Virus record (IMG/VR): IMGVR_UViG_3300040801_003999
Location: 1-64,000 of that record
DNA from: a virus
Reading direction: 5' to 3' (one strand)
DNA: 64,000 nt
Made by a program: the position numbers and the translations under genes. This document shows positions 6,895-14,679 of this stretch, in pieces. The notes beneath the pieces are model-generated. The model searched no databases and had not been told where the DNA came from. It saw only the letters and a program-made list of their open reading frames with translations. The first letter of the stretch is position 1; each line of letters opens with the position of its first letter.

Positions 6895-7287
6895 CTAGTA
6901 TTCTATTCGTTTGGTTTGCAGTATTGCGGTGCCGTCGTTGGTGAACTCCAATCCCATGAAGGCGTCGCCGCAACTTCCCCATGTAGCAATCCACAGTGGC
7001 GTGGTTTCATCCATCTCAAAGGTGCCCCCCTTATAGCCGGTAAACACTTTGCCTATGCAGGCGCGAGCTTCTATGAGGACCTCAGAGGCCGGTCTCGGTG
7101 GTGTGCATGGCTCGAATGCGAGGTCGCGATAATATCCTCGATAGGAATGAGGCTTTCCAATCCCAATCTTGGCGCTCTCTGGCGCTGCTTCGAGAACCTG
7201 AATCAAATTGCCCAGCGTTAGATGATAGTTTGAACGAGTTCGCGCGCCTTCCTCATCGATTGCCTCAAACAATTTTCCAATGTCCAT
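6895..7287 (-). CDS. hypothetical protein
   Basis: 130-aa co-oriented ORF with AGGAGATAAA-ATG. Confidence 0.65.
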   Translation of the reverse strand: MDIGKLFEAIDEEGARTRSNYHLTLGNLIQVLEAAPESAKIGIGKPHSYRGYYRDLAFEPCTPPRPASEVLIEARACIGKVFTGYKGGTFEMDETTPLWIATWGSCGDAFMGLEFTNDGTAILQTKRIEY

Positions 7288-7320
7288 TTTATCTCCTAGA
7301 ATCTAAACGACTGTCAAGGA

Positions 7321-7707
7321 CTATTTGACGAAAAGGCAGGCTGCGCCCCAAATAATGAGCATGATGAAAATACCAGCGCCGGCTTGAACGTCGAGCATCT
7401 TCGCTGTAATCGCGCCCAGCGGGAGCACCAGCATTGCACCAATAAACTTGACGACCGGACCGACTGTGCTCTGTTGTGCTGGACTGGTCTGTGCCTCTCT
7501 GAGGGCTAGACTCCTTTCAATGAGGTCTTTGCGCTCGGCATCGGTGAGCAAGAAGGAGCGTTTCTTTCGGCCAGACTTCTGTCGATTAAGACTATCCAGC
7601 GAGCGCATAAGTTCTTGATGCTGCCGCTCCTGTGCGGCCTTTTCCAGAGATACTCCATACAAGTCGGCATAGTTTTTGTCTCTTGCTTCGTTCCAGAACG
7701 AACTCAT
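7321..7707 (-). CDS. hypothetical membrane protein
   Basis: 128 aa. C-terminal hydrophobic segments VVKFIGAMLVLPLGAI and GIFIMLIIWGAACLFV. Confidence 0.65.
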   Translation of the reverse strand: MSSFWNEARDKNYADLYGVSLEKAAQERQHQELMRSLDSLNRQKSGRKKRSFLLTDAERKDLIERSLALREAQTSPAQQSTVGPVVKFIGAMLVLPLGAITAKMLDVQAGAGIFIMLIIWGAACLFVK

Positions 7708-7868
7708 CTCTTACTCCTGCATGTGTCGTCGTCGTAGAATCCGAGAATATCAGACAAAGTGGTGACTGTCAAGAAGATTGTTGCAAAGAGCAGACCGAAA
7801 TCAAGAACAGGTCGCTGAAAAGCAATTAAAAGAACGAAGGTCAAATAGACGTAAATGGTTGTATTCAT
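7704..7868 (-). CDS. small hydrophobic protein (54 aa)
   Basis: GGCGAGAGGT-ATG, MNTTIYVYLTFVLLIAFQRPVLDFGLLFATIFL... ATGA overlap with the next gene. Below the track cutoff. Confidence 0.45.
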   Translation of the reverse strand: MNTTIYVYLTFVLLIAFQRPVLDFGLLFATIFLTVTTLSDILGFYDDDTCRSKR

Positions 7869-7916
7869 ACCTCTCGCCATCCTGCCCTCTTTATTTGTTC
7901 CCTCATCGACAAGTGC

Positions 7917-7944
7917 ATTATAGCAGCTTTCCGGTCGCTGTCAA
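7917..7944 (-). promoter_or_regulatory. sigma70-like promoter
   Basis: Minus strand TTGACA-16-TATAAT, TGc, A-tract, CTTGTCGATGAGGGAAC box. Confidence 0.7.
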
Positions 7945-8028
7945 GCGGTTTTTTATTTTTTATGTTGTTTTTTCGTGCCTTCTAAGTTCGAGCTACGTCT
8001 CCGATAGATATGCCATCGAGATATAAAT

Positions 8029-8056
8029 TGATTATAGTAACATCTCAGCAGTTGTC
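8029..8056 (-). promoter_or_regulatory. sigma70-like promoter (tandem with 7917..7944)
   Basis: Minus strand TTGACA-16-TATAAT. Confidence 0.6.
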
Positions 8057-8116
8057 AAGGACTTTCTTCTCTTTCTTTGTTCCCGTCCTGTCTCCACGGC
8101 ACCGTTTCGACCCAAA

Positions 8117-8419
8117 TTAAGTGTTGGACTGCTCGACGAGCACTGTGCCATTCTGCTCGACATCATCGCGCGTCAGATGACCAATACCCAGCCGCTCGAC
8201 GGTCTGTTCCCAACTCTCGCCAGCTTGTGACATTGTACCAGCACACCAGCGACCTGTCAAGTTGTTTGTGATGCCGACATAGCCAGAGGCATGAACAGAT
8301 ACCTTAAAGCTATTGCCAAAGCGGTTGAACACCTTGTATACTTCGTAGTGGTCATGGGAAGATCTGGGGCTGTATGGGCCAGTGTACTCGACGACTTCTG
8401 CTCTTGGGTACTTGCTCAT
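8117..8419 (-). CDS. hypothetical protein
   Basis: 100-aa co-oriented ORF downstream of promoter 8455..8482. Confidence 0.65.
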   Translation of the reverse strand: MSKYPRAEVVEYTGPYSPRSSHDHYEVYKVFNRFGNSFKVSVHASGYVGITNNLTGRWCAGTMSQAGESWEQTVERLGIGHLTRDDVEQNGTVLVEQSNT

Positions 8420-8454
8420 CGTGTTCCTTTGTTGGTTTCCTCATCGACAAGAAC

Positions 8455-8482
8455 ATTATAGCAGCTTGTCGGTCGCTGTCAA
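8455..8482 (-). promoter_or_regulatory. sigma70-like promoter
   Basis: Minus strand TTGACA-16-TATAAT, TGc, A-tract, CTTGTCGATGAGGAAAC box. Confidence 0.7.
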
Positions 8483-8868
8483 GAGGTTTTTTCGAGCTTT
8501 TTCAGTTCGTATTGGATGCCATCAATCTCGACCACTCGACCAGAATAGTCGGTGTTGTCTTTTGTACCTGCGGTGCGTCGAAGGAACTCTTCTTCGCTCA
8601 GTTGTTCGCCATGAAGATACCACTTTCTTCCATTGGGATAAATGATGGCCGGGCCATCCTCGCGATGACGTCGGTCGTTTCTGTACCAATACTTTCTTCC
8701 ATCGGGAAAAACGACGGCCGGACCATCCTCGCGATGGAGTTGGTCGTTTCTGTACCATTCCCTTGTTCCATCGGAATAAACGACGGCCGGACCATCCTCG
8801 CGATGAAGCAGGCCCTGCTGATTCTTCCAGATCTCTTTTCCATCAGTAATTTCTACAGTATAAATCAC
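8479..8868 (-). CDS. MORN-repeat protein (3 units) with a different C-terminal domain
   Basis: LHREDGPAVVYSDGTREWYRNDQLHREDGPAVVFPDGRKYWYRNDRRHREDGPAIIYPNGRKWYLHGEQLSEEEF. Confidence 0.75.
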   Translation of the reverse strand: MIYTVEITDGKEIWKNQQGLLHREDGPAVVYSDGTREWYRNDQLHREDGPAVVFPDGRKYWYRNDRRHREDGPAIIYPNGRKWYLHGEQLSEEEFLRRTAGTKDNTDYSGRVVEIDGIQYELKKLEKTS

Positions 8869-8919
8869 AGCTTCCTCGCTCGGTTATCTCTCATCGACAA
8901 GAGTATTAATTGACATCAG

Positions 8920-9213
8920 TCATTCTTCGTCATTTGTTGTGGTTTGTTTCCATGGCAGAGCTTCCACCGACGATTCACCGTGAGGCATCATCTCATCAAT
9001 AAACTCTGCGAGGCCTTCAGCCCACTCTCTCGCTTCATTCACATCTACACGATCTCCAATACTCGGCACAATCTCGTGTCGAAGGTAGGACAGGGCCGCG
9101 GCGGCGTCATCGGCCTCGCCGGGATAGGCTTCATTTTCGCACATGAACTTCATGTCGGCCTCGGCCAAATCTGCGATGGTCCTGAGCGATCGCTGTAGTT
9201 TTTCTTTGGTCAT
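8920..9213 (-). CDS. hypothetical acidic protein
   Basis: GAGAGGTTGAA-ATG, MTKEKLQRSLRTIADLAE... Downstream of promoter 9261..9288. Confidence 0.65.
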   Translation of the reverse strand: MTKEKLQRSLRTIADLAEADMKFMCENEAYPGEADDAAAALSYLRHEIVPSIGDRVDVNEAREWAEGLAEFIDEMMPHGESSVEALPWKQTTTNDEE

Positions 9214-9260
9214 TTCAACCTCTCTTTTCAAGAAACCAAGTATCCCTTGTTGACAACTAT

Positions 9261-9288
9261 ATTATAGCGGCTTTCCGGTCGGTGTCAA
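9261..9288 (-). promoter_or_regulatory. sigma70-like promoter
   Basis: Minus strand TTGACA-16-TATAAT, A-tract upstream, TTGTCAACAAGGG downstream. Confidence 0.65.
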
Positions 9289-9503
9289 GAGGTTTTTTCT
9301 TTTCTTTGCCACATAACGTGCACTGGTGGTGCATAACCCTTCTCACCTTCAACAAAAATGGCGAAGAATAGCGAGACCATAGACGATAAACCACCATCGT
9401 ACATCCAATAATGCGAACAATTTAGATCTCGCCAAGGATCGTACAAATACACGCCATTTATACTAGAATTGACCGGGTATGCTTTAGAATTGCGTCTAAT
9501 CAT
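9285..9503 (-). CDS. hypothetical protein
   Basis: 72-aa co-oriented ORF filling the gap. Its 3' end overlaps promoter 9261..9288. Confidence 0.4.
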   Translation of the reverse strand: MIRRNSKAYPVNSSINGVYLYDPWRDLNCSHYWMYDGGLSSMVSLFFAIFVEGEKGYAPPVHVMWQRKEKTS

Positions 9504-10756
9504 CAGAGCACCGTCACTCGGTTCACCTTAGTCTGCTTCTCGCCCTCGTACTGATCATGGTCTTTGATGGTCGCCTTGATGCGAGCGCTCTCGCCCACCG
9601 TGAGGTCAGCAGGGCTGCTCGTGAACCATGTCAGGATGTCGCCCTGCTCGGTGACAAACTTCATGAGCGTCGTGAGGCCATAGTATCCCTCGAAGCTCGT
9701 GCAGAATTCAAGAGTAACATCGAACTCCATGCGCTGCTTAGGCTCTCCGACCCACTCAGAGGCACGCTCAGCCATTTCTTCTGCCCGACGCTCAGCCTTG
9801 TGCTCGCGCTCGGCTCGGATGCGTGCAGCAGGGATTGCAGCGGCCACCAGACCCATTTCCTTGTGAGTGATGAACTCTCGCTCAAGCGCAGCGATGAGAT
9901 TGAACTCAAAATTGTTGCTCGGCTTGATGTCTTCAAGAAGAGTGTTGCGAAGGTCAACTGCCTCTGCACGCTTATCGACGATTGCATCCTCGGCCGAGGC
10001 GAAACTTTTAAACTCAGGGAAGCCCTGAAGTTTCCCGTCAGGCTGACGGCGGCCGGCTGCAAGGTTCACAAGCAGGTGTCCGGCAAGGTCGGCCGTAGCA
10101 TTGTCACCAGTGGCCTTAGAACGACTCAGAAAACCACCTTCGATGTCGCAAATAACCAAGCAGGTCGCAAGGAAGTCGACAATGGGCCATGCAGTGGGCA
10201 CAGATGAGCCAAGAGTCTCCCGCTCATCCCAACTTTGGACCAACTCGACGATAGCCGTGGCCTTGCTCGCGAGAGTCGCAATGTCCTTCGGGATAAAGTC
10301 TTTGAGACATGTCGAGCCAACCTGCATGCTGTGGGAGTCCTCGTCACGGATGACGTAGACGTCGTGGCGCTCTCGGTTGTGGCCGCAATGGTCGCAGGCC
10401 GTAACATCACCCTGACGCCACGAGAGAAGCTCGTCCTCGGTCACTTGGTCGTTGACCGCGTGGATGATGGGCGAGGCATGGCTGCAATCAATCTTGGCCA
10501 CCACCTGCCAGCCATCGACGAATGGGGCAACGCCCTCAAGCACGTAGTTAACAAAGGTCTTTCTGACTTTCTTTGGAATGTTGCTGGTGCCGCTCAGGAC
10601 GGTGACCTCGGCGACATATGGCTCGCCGAAACTGACCGATACACCGGGAAGGTCGAGCTTTGCAGCAGTCTTGTTCAGGTCCTTGACCATCTCGTTGAGA
10701 CGTCCGGTCATCCATGCGAGGCATCGGCCTGTGAGCTTGGTAGCTTCGTTGTTCAT
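9503..10756 (-). CDS. hypothetical protein (417 aa) with CxxC...C cluster
   Basis: MNNEATKLTGRC..., CDHCGHNRERHDVYVIRDEDSHSMQVGSTC. Start set to the first ATG after promoter 10795..10822. Confidence 0.7.
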   Translation of the reverse strand: MNNEATKLTGRCLAWMTGRLNEMVKDLNKTAAKLDLPGVSVSFGEPYVAEVTVLSGTSNIPKKVRKTFVNYVLEGVAPFVDGWQVVAKIDCSHASPIIHAVNDQVTEDELLSWRQGDVTACDHCGHNRERHDVYVIRDEDSHSMQVGSTCLKDFIPKDIATLASKATAIVELVQSWDERETLGSSVPTAWPIVDFLATCLVICDIEGGFLSRSKATGDNATADLAGHLLVNLAAGRRQPDGKLQGFPEFKSFASAEDAIVDKRAEAVDLRNTLLEDIKPSNNFEFNLIAALEREFITHKEMGLVAAAIPAARIRAEREHKAERRAEEMAERASEWVGEPKQRMEFDVTLEFCTSFEGYYGLTTLMKFVTEQGDILTWFTSSPADLTVGESARIKATIKDHDQYEGEKQTKVNRVTVL

Positions 10757-10794
10757 CGTGTATCTCGTGCGCTGTGTTCCCGTTGACAAGAACA

Positions 10795-10822
10795 ATAATA
10801 GCAGCTATTCAGAGATTGTCAA
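10795..10822 (-). promoter_or_regulatory. sigma70-like promoter
   Basis: Minus strand TTGACA-16-TATTAT, TGc, A-tract. Confidence 0.65.
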
Positions 10823-10896
10823 GAACTTTTTTCTTTTTTGTTCACGACAATAACATGGACTTGTTTCGTGCCTGACCATCGCATAAAGCTCAGCAA

Positions 10897-11163
10897 TCAG
10901 TGTCCGTAGTTACAGCCAATCCGGAAAGTGTAGCCAGCGACTCGTACCTGTGCCTCGTGAGAGCCACAACAACCATCGCGGCGAGCCTGTTCATAATCCT
11001 CTTCTTGGTCCTTCTGGCCGACCTGTGCGAGCCTGAAGTTGTCTATGTAAAACAACTCTCGCTGCATATACTTAACCTCTTTGTGCAACATTTTCCGAAT
11101 CTGTTTCTTCTTCGGATGGTCTGCGAAGTGTTCGTCAAGGTATTCATCAACAAAACACATCAT
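10897..11163 (-). CDS. hypothetical protein (88 aa)
   Basis: TAAGGAGAAAAGCA-ATGATG. The upstream part of track ORF 10897..11313 overlaps the tRNA-like element. Confidence 0.6.
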   Translation of the reverse strand: MMCFVDEYLDEHFADHPKKKQIRKMLHKEVKYMQRELFYIDNFRLAQVGQKDQEEDYEQARRDGCCGSHEAQVRVAGYTFRIGCNYGH

Positions 11164-11217
11164 TGCTTTTCTCCTTATGGCAAGGTGTCGGTCAGTGTCA
11201 AGCAGTTTCTTATTGTA

Positions 11218-11312
11218 GTGGCGATGCAGGATTCGAACCTGTCGTCTCTTTATAACGGTCTCGACTAAGACCTCCCGATGGGTTTTTCCTGTTGGGACCC
11301 ACTCCCTCACCA
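11218..11312 (-). ncRNA. tRNA-like element (not a canonical tRNA)
   Basis: Minus strand ACAGG-TTCGAAT-CCTGC T-arm. 6/7-bp acceptor-like helix TGGTGAG/ATCGCCA. Hairpin GGTCT-TAGTCG-AGACC has only a 6-nt loop. 95 nt, and G instead of U at position 8. Confidence 0.4.
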
Positions 11313-11668
11313 AACACCACCTGATTCGCCGGTGGTCCGCTAAAGCAAAGATTCATCCTGACTACGACGGTTGCTGAAGCCATTTCGTTTCGGGTTGACT
11401 TTGCTGAAATGCCCGCTTAGATTAGCGTGTCAGCGGGCGAACACGAATAATAGCAATGTAAAGTGTAGACCTCTCGATGAATCATCCATCCATCATCCAT
11501 TCTCATCGAGGCCGGTGTTACCCGGCGCGGTCATCATGATATCTCCTGAGCTTAAGTTTTAGGTTGTCTACAATACCACCCACGCGGCGAGGGTCATGGT
11601 CATACTTAACCGGGCGGTGCTCGTGGCATCCTTACCTCTTTGGTTGTGTATGGCGTATCGTGAACTAC

Positions 11669-11697
11669 ATTATAGTACCAAACCTCACACTCGTCAA
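11669..11697 (-). promoter_or_regulatory. sigma70-like promoter reading into the non-coding locus
   Basis: Minus strand TTGACG-17-TATAAT. No ORF longer than about 27 codons in the following 450 nt. Confidence 0.6.
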
Positions 11698-11718
11698 GTC
11701 ACTTTCACATTTTTTACC

Positions 11719-11985
11719 TCACATTCGAAGATAGTTGTAGAGCTTCATCTGCTGGGAAGGGTCACCTTTCGCGGCCTCTCCCACTGCACATACCATTATA
11801 GCGAGGTCCGCTTGTGTTGTCAAGAAGAAAATTTTCTTTTCTTTGCGAGCATGAGCGAAAAGGTCACTGACAATGGGCAAGCACCGATACTGGTACTGCT
11901 CACTATAGGCCATAGAATACTTCTTGACAGCCAGAGCGGTCATCTCAGCCTGTTCTTTAGTGAACGCGATAGCAACCTCAGTCAT
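11719..11985 (-). CDS. hypothetical protein
   Basis: MTEVAIAFTKEQAEMTALAVKKYS... Abuts the stop of 11987..12253. Confidence 0.6.
   Translation of the reverse strand: MTEVAIAFTKEQAEMTALAVKKYSMAYSEQYQYRCLPIVSDLFAHARKEKKIFFLTTQADLAIMVCAVGEAAKGDPSQQMKLYNYLRM
11795..11823 (-). promoter_or_regulatory. sigma70-like promoter internal to a CDS
   Basis: Minus strand TTGACA-17-TATAAT inside 11719..11985. Confidence 0.5.
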
Positions 11986-11986
11986 A

Positions 11987-12253
11987 TTATTTCTCGGTGA
12001 AGAACTTGCTGGTTGGTCCCTCGGAATCGATGTGGCCACAGTCCACAGCCCGCTCCAGATTCAAGAGAGCAGAGACGTCGCTGTCGTAAAGCCGCCACTC
12101 GCGAATATCGAACGTATCATGTGAGGTCCCGGCACCATCAGCAGTAAACCAGTACTGGAGGGGCTCGTCGAACCAGTCAGACTTGTATGTGTGATAGATG
12201 GTGGTCGTCGGTGATTTATAGGCTACTTCTGGCTCTACCCATTTATATGGCAT
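11987..12253 (-). CDS. hypothetical protein
   Basis: 88-aa co-oriented ORF downstream of promoter 12284..12311. Confidence 0.65.
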   Translation of the reverse strand: MPYKWVEPEVAYKSPTTTIYHTYKSDWFDEPLQYWFTADGAGTSHDTFDIREWRLYDSDVSALLNLERAVDCGHIDSEGPTSKFFTEK

Positions 12254-12283
12254 TTATATCCTCTACGTGTTGTTGACAAGTAC

Positions 12284-12311
12284 ATTGTAGCAGATTCTCA
12301 GGCCCTGTCAA
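12284..12311 (-). promoter_or_regulatory. sigma70-like promoter
   Basis: Minus strand TTGACA-16-TACAAT, TGc, A-tract. Confidence 0.65.
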
Positions 12312-12319
12312 GCACTTTT

Positions 12320-12604
12320 TTAATCTTTGTTTGTTGTGAACTCCAGCCAGATAGTAGCATCTCCCGTCGAGTGTAGTCCGAAGTCGAATACTCCCACTTC
12401 GTCATTAAGCATGCTGATCAACTGGTCGACTCTGAGTACCTTGCGGCCATTTGAATCGACGAGATCGACCTTCAGAAAGCCAGTCAGACCGAGAGTCTTC
12501 GATAGCTCGACATCAGCGAAGTGAACTTCGTCATACCCACACGAGTCGGCGATACCAGCGCAGGCATCAAGAATATCAGACATGTCAATCATAAACTCGG
12601 TCAT
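12320..12604 (-). CDS. hypothetical protein, paralog of 6596..6886
   Basis: 94 aa. Shares the DMS.IL..C.G.AD.CGY ... FGLHST.DA.IWLEF pattern with 6596..6886. Confidence 0.65.
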   Translation of the reverse strand: MTEFMIDMSDILDACAGIADSCGYDEVHFADVELSKTLGLTGFLKVDLVDSNGRKVLRVDQLISMLNDEVGVFDFGLHSTGDATIWLEFTTNKD

Positions 12605-12803
12605 TGTCCCTCACTGAACTTGTGTAAATAACTTCGGAATCCTTGATGCAGATACACTCGTTCTGGTAGTGCGTTGGTGTGGCATCGAGAGCGCGACAGA
12701 CTGCTTGACAATCTTCTTTTTGGCTTTCGACAATCGAGTACATAAGGAGCACTGTCGATACAAATGTGCCGCCCACGAGGGCTATTAAATGCCACTTCTC
12801 CAT
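12585..12803 (-). CDS. small membrane protein with Cys cluster
   Basis: AGGAGACATGAG-ATG. MEKWHLIALVGGTFVSTVLLMYSIV (TM), then CQAVC...CIC. Confidence 0.55.
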   Translation of the reverse strand: MEKWHLIALVGGTFVSTVLLMYSIVESQKEDCQAVCRALDATPTHYQNECICIKDSEVIYTSSVRDNDRVYD

Positions 12804-12813
12804 CTCATGTCTC

Positions 12814-13023
12814 CTAGAGTCGGTGTGAACTCGGCTTAATTTCGAACTTCTGCTCGTCAACCGGGACTTCGACGTCCTCGCGGCACAGATACTTCTCTCG
12901 CTCAGCGCGAGCATCCATCTCCCGCTTGGGAGCGAAGCGGCCATCATAGTAGCCCTGCTCTCGCGAAAGCTCACGACGTGCACTTCGCTGCATCTCACGA
13001 ATATCTTCTTTGGTGATACGCAT
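12814..13023 (-). CDS. hypothetical basic protein
   Basis: GAGGAAAAGATC-ATG, MRITKEDIREMQRSARRELSREQGYYDGR... Confidence 0.55.
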   Translation of the reverse strand: MRITKEDIREMQRSARRELSREQGYYDGRFAPKREMDARAEREKYLCREDVEVPVDEQKFEIKPSSHRL

Positions 13024-13070
13024 GATCTTTTCCTCGCTAGAATGGGCGACCATTCGCCCTTACATTCTCT

Positions 13071-13098
13071 ATTATACTCACTCTTAACTAGGTGTCAA
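13071..13098 (-). promoter_or_regulatory. sigma70-like promoter
   Basis: Minus strand TTGACA-16-TATAAT, A-tract. Confidence 0.65.
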
Positions 13099-13478
13099 GA
13101 GCTTTTTTCTTTTTTGGAGCGTTCGACTTTTCGAGCGTTGTCTGCTACCACCGCATCGACGAATCCGCCGACATCTTCAACTATCATCGCGTAATTGATT
13201 GCGGAGCATACAAGAGACTCCATCGAGCTAATGAAGTGAAGAATCATCTTGTATTCATGAGTCAAGTCGACATTAATCTTTTCCTGTTGCTCCGGGTCCG
13301 GGTGAGGAACGAAGTTCTTCTTGAACTCTTGTGAACACAACTCGCTAAGTTGGCCCACGTACACCAGAATCGAGGCGAACATGTAAGAGTTGTTCGTGCG
13401 AACAGCAGTCTCGAATGTTGAAGCAATTGCTTCGAGGTTACAATTGATGTCGACATTACAAAAGCGGTGCTTGCTCAT
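13095..13478 (-). CDS. hypothetical protein
   Basis: GGAGAATACCG-ATG, MSKHRFCNVDINCNLEAIAS... Start moved downstream of promoter 13526..13553. Confidence 0.6.
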   Translation of the reverse strand: MSKHRFCNVDINCNLEAIASTFETAVRTNNSYMFASILVYVGQLSELCSQEFKKNFVPHPDPEQQEKINVDLTHEYKMILHFISSMESLVCSAINYAMIVEDVGGFVDAVVADNARKVERSKKEKSS

Positions 13479-13525
13479 CGGTATTCTCCGTGTGTGTGAT
13501 GAGGCCACTCCCCATCGACAACAAC

Positions 13526-13553
13526 ATAATAACAGATTCTCGGCGACTGTCAA
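13526..13553 (-). promoter_or_regulatory. sigma70-like promoter
   Basis: Minus strand TTGACA-16-TATTAT, TGt, TTGTCGATGGGG box. Confidence 0.65.
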
Positions 13554-13563
13554 GAACTTTCTT

Positions 13564-14091
13564 TTATTTTTCGAGATACCCAGCATCCTTCAGGTAACCC
13601 TCGAAAAACACGTCCATGATGTCATGGTCGTAGGCGTTGGTGACGAACCGGTCATCATCACTCAGATCGCTGAAGGTTGTGTGTGCGCCAGAGCTAAGAT
13701 CGACGAAGCCTGCGTCATCTTCAATTTTAATGTAGAAGGGGCGTCCATCTTTGGTATGGTGCCTAATTAGCTCGGATGATATTTCCGCCATAATCTCGAA
13801 TGAACCATTAGGGTTCCAGCGCACAATGGTCCCTGCTGGCACCTGATCGATTGTTGGCGTGACCACTTCGATTGTATCTACAGAGTGCAATCTGCCGTCG
13901 AGCGTGGCGACGTGTTTGCCATGAGCAGTGGCCAGAACAAAACCTCGATTCTCGGCAGGCTCGCCATTAGCATTCTGCAACACGACCCTCGGGACTGTGT
14001 TGTCACCAGTGACAAGCACTGAAGTGCCAGCGGGAAAGCGAGAGATCGAAACAGCTTGAGTGTCGTTCATGCGATGCATTTGTATCACCAT
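13564..14091 (-). CDS. hypothetical protein
   Basis: 175-aa co-oriented ORF downstream of promoter 14137..14164. Confidence 0.65.
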   Translation of the reverse strand: MVIQMHRMNDTQAVSISRFPAGTSVLVTGDNTVPRVVLQNANGEPAENRGFVLATAHGKHVATLDGRLHSVDTIEVVTPTIDQVPAGTIVRWNPNGSFEIMAEISSELIRHHTKDGRPFYIKIEDDAGFVDLSSGAHTTFSDLSDDDRFVTNAYDHDIMDVFFEGYLKDAGYLEK

Positions 14092-14136
14092 TGTGTGTTT
14101 TCGTTCAGGGGAGTACCTCCCCCCATCTTCCCTAGT

Positions 14137-14164
14137 ATTGTAACAACCTTTCAGAGCCTGTCAA
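14137..14164 (-). promoter_or_regulatory. sigma70-like promoter
   Basis: Minus strand TTGACA-16-TACAAT, TGt. Leader hairpin GGGGAG-gta-CTCCCC. Confidence 0.6.
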
Positions 14165-14171
14165 GGGTTTT

Positions 14172-14426
14172 TTAGCAATAATCTTCGAGATAGATTCGTA
14201 GAGGATCAGCGATCTCTTTGAGGTCCTGCGAAGCCTCGAAGAGATCATCTGAGAGGTCGCCACAGGCCGTCTCTGCCTGAAGATCGGTCGTAGTACGGCC
14301 AAGCTCATCATAACGATTAGATTCGCTCACAAGGCGCTTGATGGCATCATCCACAATGTCGAGGAAGTCTGATGCTCTTCCGGTGGCCTCGATTGCCTCA
14401 GCCATAAAGTGTTGTTTATTGTTCAT
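14172..14426 (-). CDS. hypothetical acidic protein
   Basis: CAGGAGAGAA-ATG, MNNKQHFMAEAIEATGRASDFLD... Confidence 0.6.
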   Translation of the reverse strand: MNNKQHFMAEAIEATGRASDFLDIVDDAIKRLVSESNRYDELGRTTTDLQAETACGDLSDDLFEASQDLKEIADPLRIYLEDYC

Positions 14427-14651
14427 TTCTCTCCTGCTTATCAAAAGCTACCGTGAGGTTCGAAGCTCGCGGGTAACGGCCACCATCTTACCACATCTTC
14501 GAAGATATTCCAACCACAAAAATCATCGGGGTCATCCTCAGCGATATACAGAGCAATTTTCTGTTGGTAATCGCTCGTCTCGACGATATGATGGCCGGTT
14601 TGCTCGGGTGGGTGTTCCCTACTGACTTTCTCCTTTGCTGTGTACAAGTAT

Positions 14652-14679
14652 ATTATAGCACCGATGGGAGATAAGTCAA
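14652..14679 (-). promoter_or_regulatory. sigma70-like promoter
   Basis: Minus strand TTGACT-16-TATAAT, TGc. Confidence 0.6.

Noticed and set aside
7296-7317. TTGACA box at 7312..7317 (minus strand) with the usual flanks.
   Set aside because: There is no acceptable -10 at 16-18 nt, only GAGATA or AGATAA. The sequence runs straight into the RBS of 6895..7287.
8889-8915. Orphan TTGTCGATGAGAG box with a nearby ATTAAT, and a plus-strand TTGACA at 8910..8915.
   Set aside because: There is no properly spaced -35 on the minus strand, and the plus-strand hexamer has no -10 partner. It is probably a decayed promoter.
11164-11668. tmRNA interpretation of the non-coding locus.
   Set aside because: There is a T-arm and a possible tag-like frame (..SQDESLL*). 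But there is no 5' GGGG..TTCGAC acceptor/D-analogue able to pair with the 3' end, no encoded CCA, and no Ala-rich tag end. It is kept as an unclassified ncRNA instead.
14441-14640. 3' part of ORF 14441..14944 (..HHIVETSDYQQKIALYIAEDDPDDFCGWNIFEDVVRWWPLP..) downstream of promoter 14652..14679.
   Set aside because: It looks protein-like and follows AAGGAG. But no ATG, GTG or TTG start lies between the promoter and the conserved-looking part, so coordinates could not be fixed.
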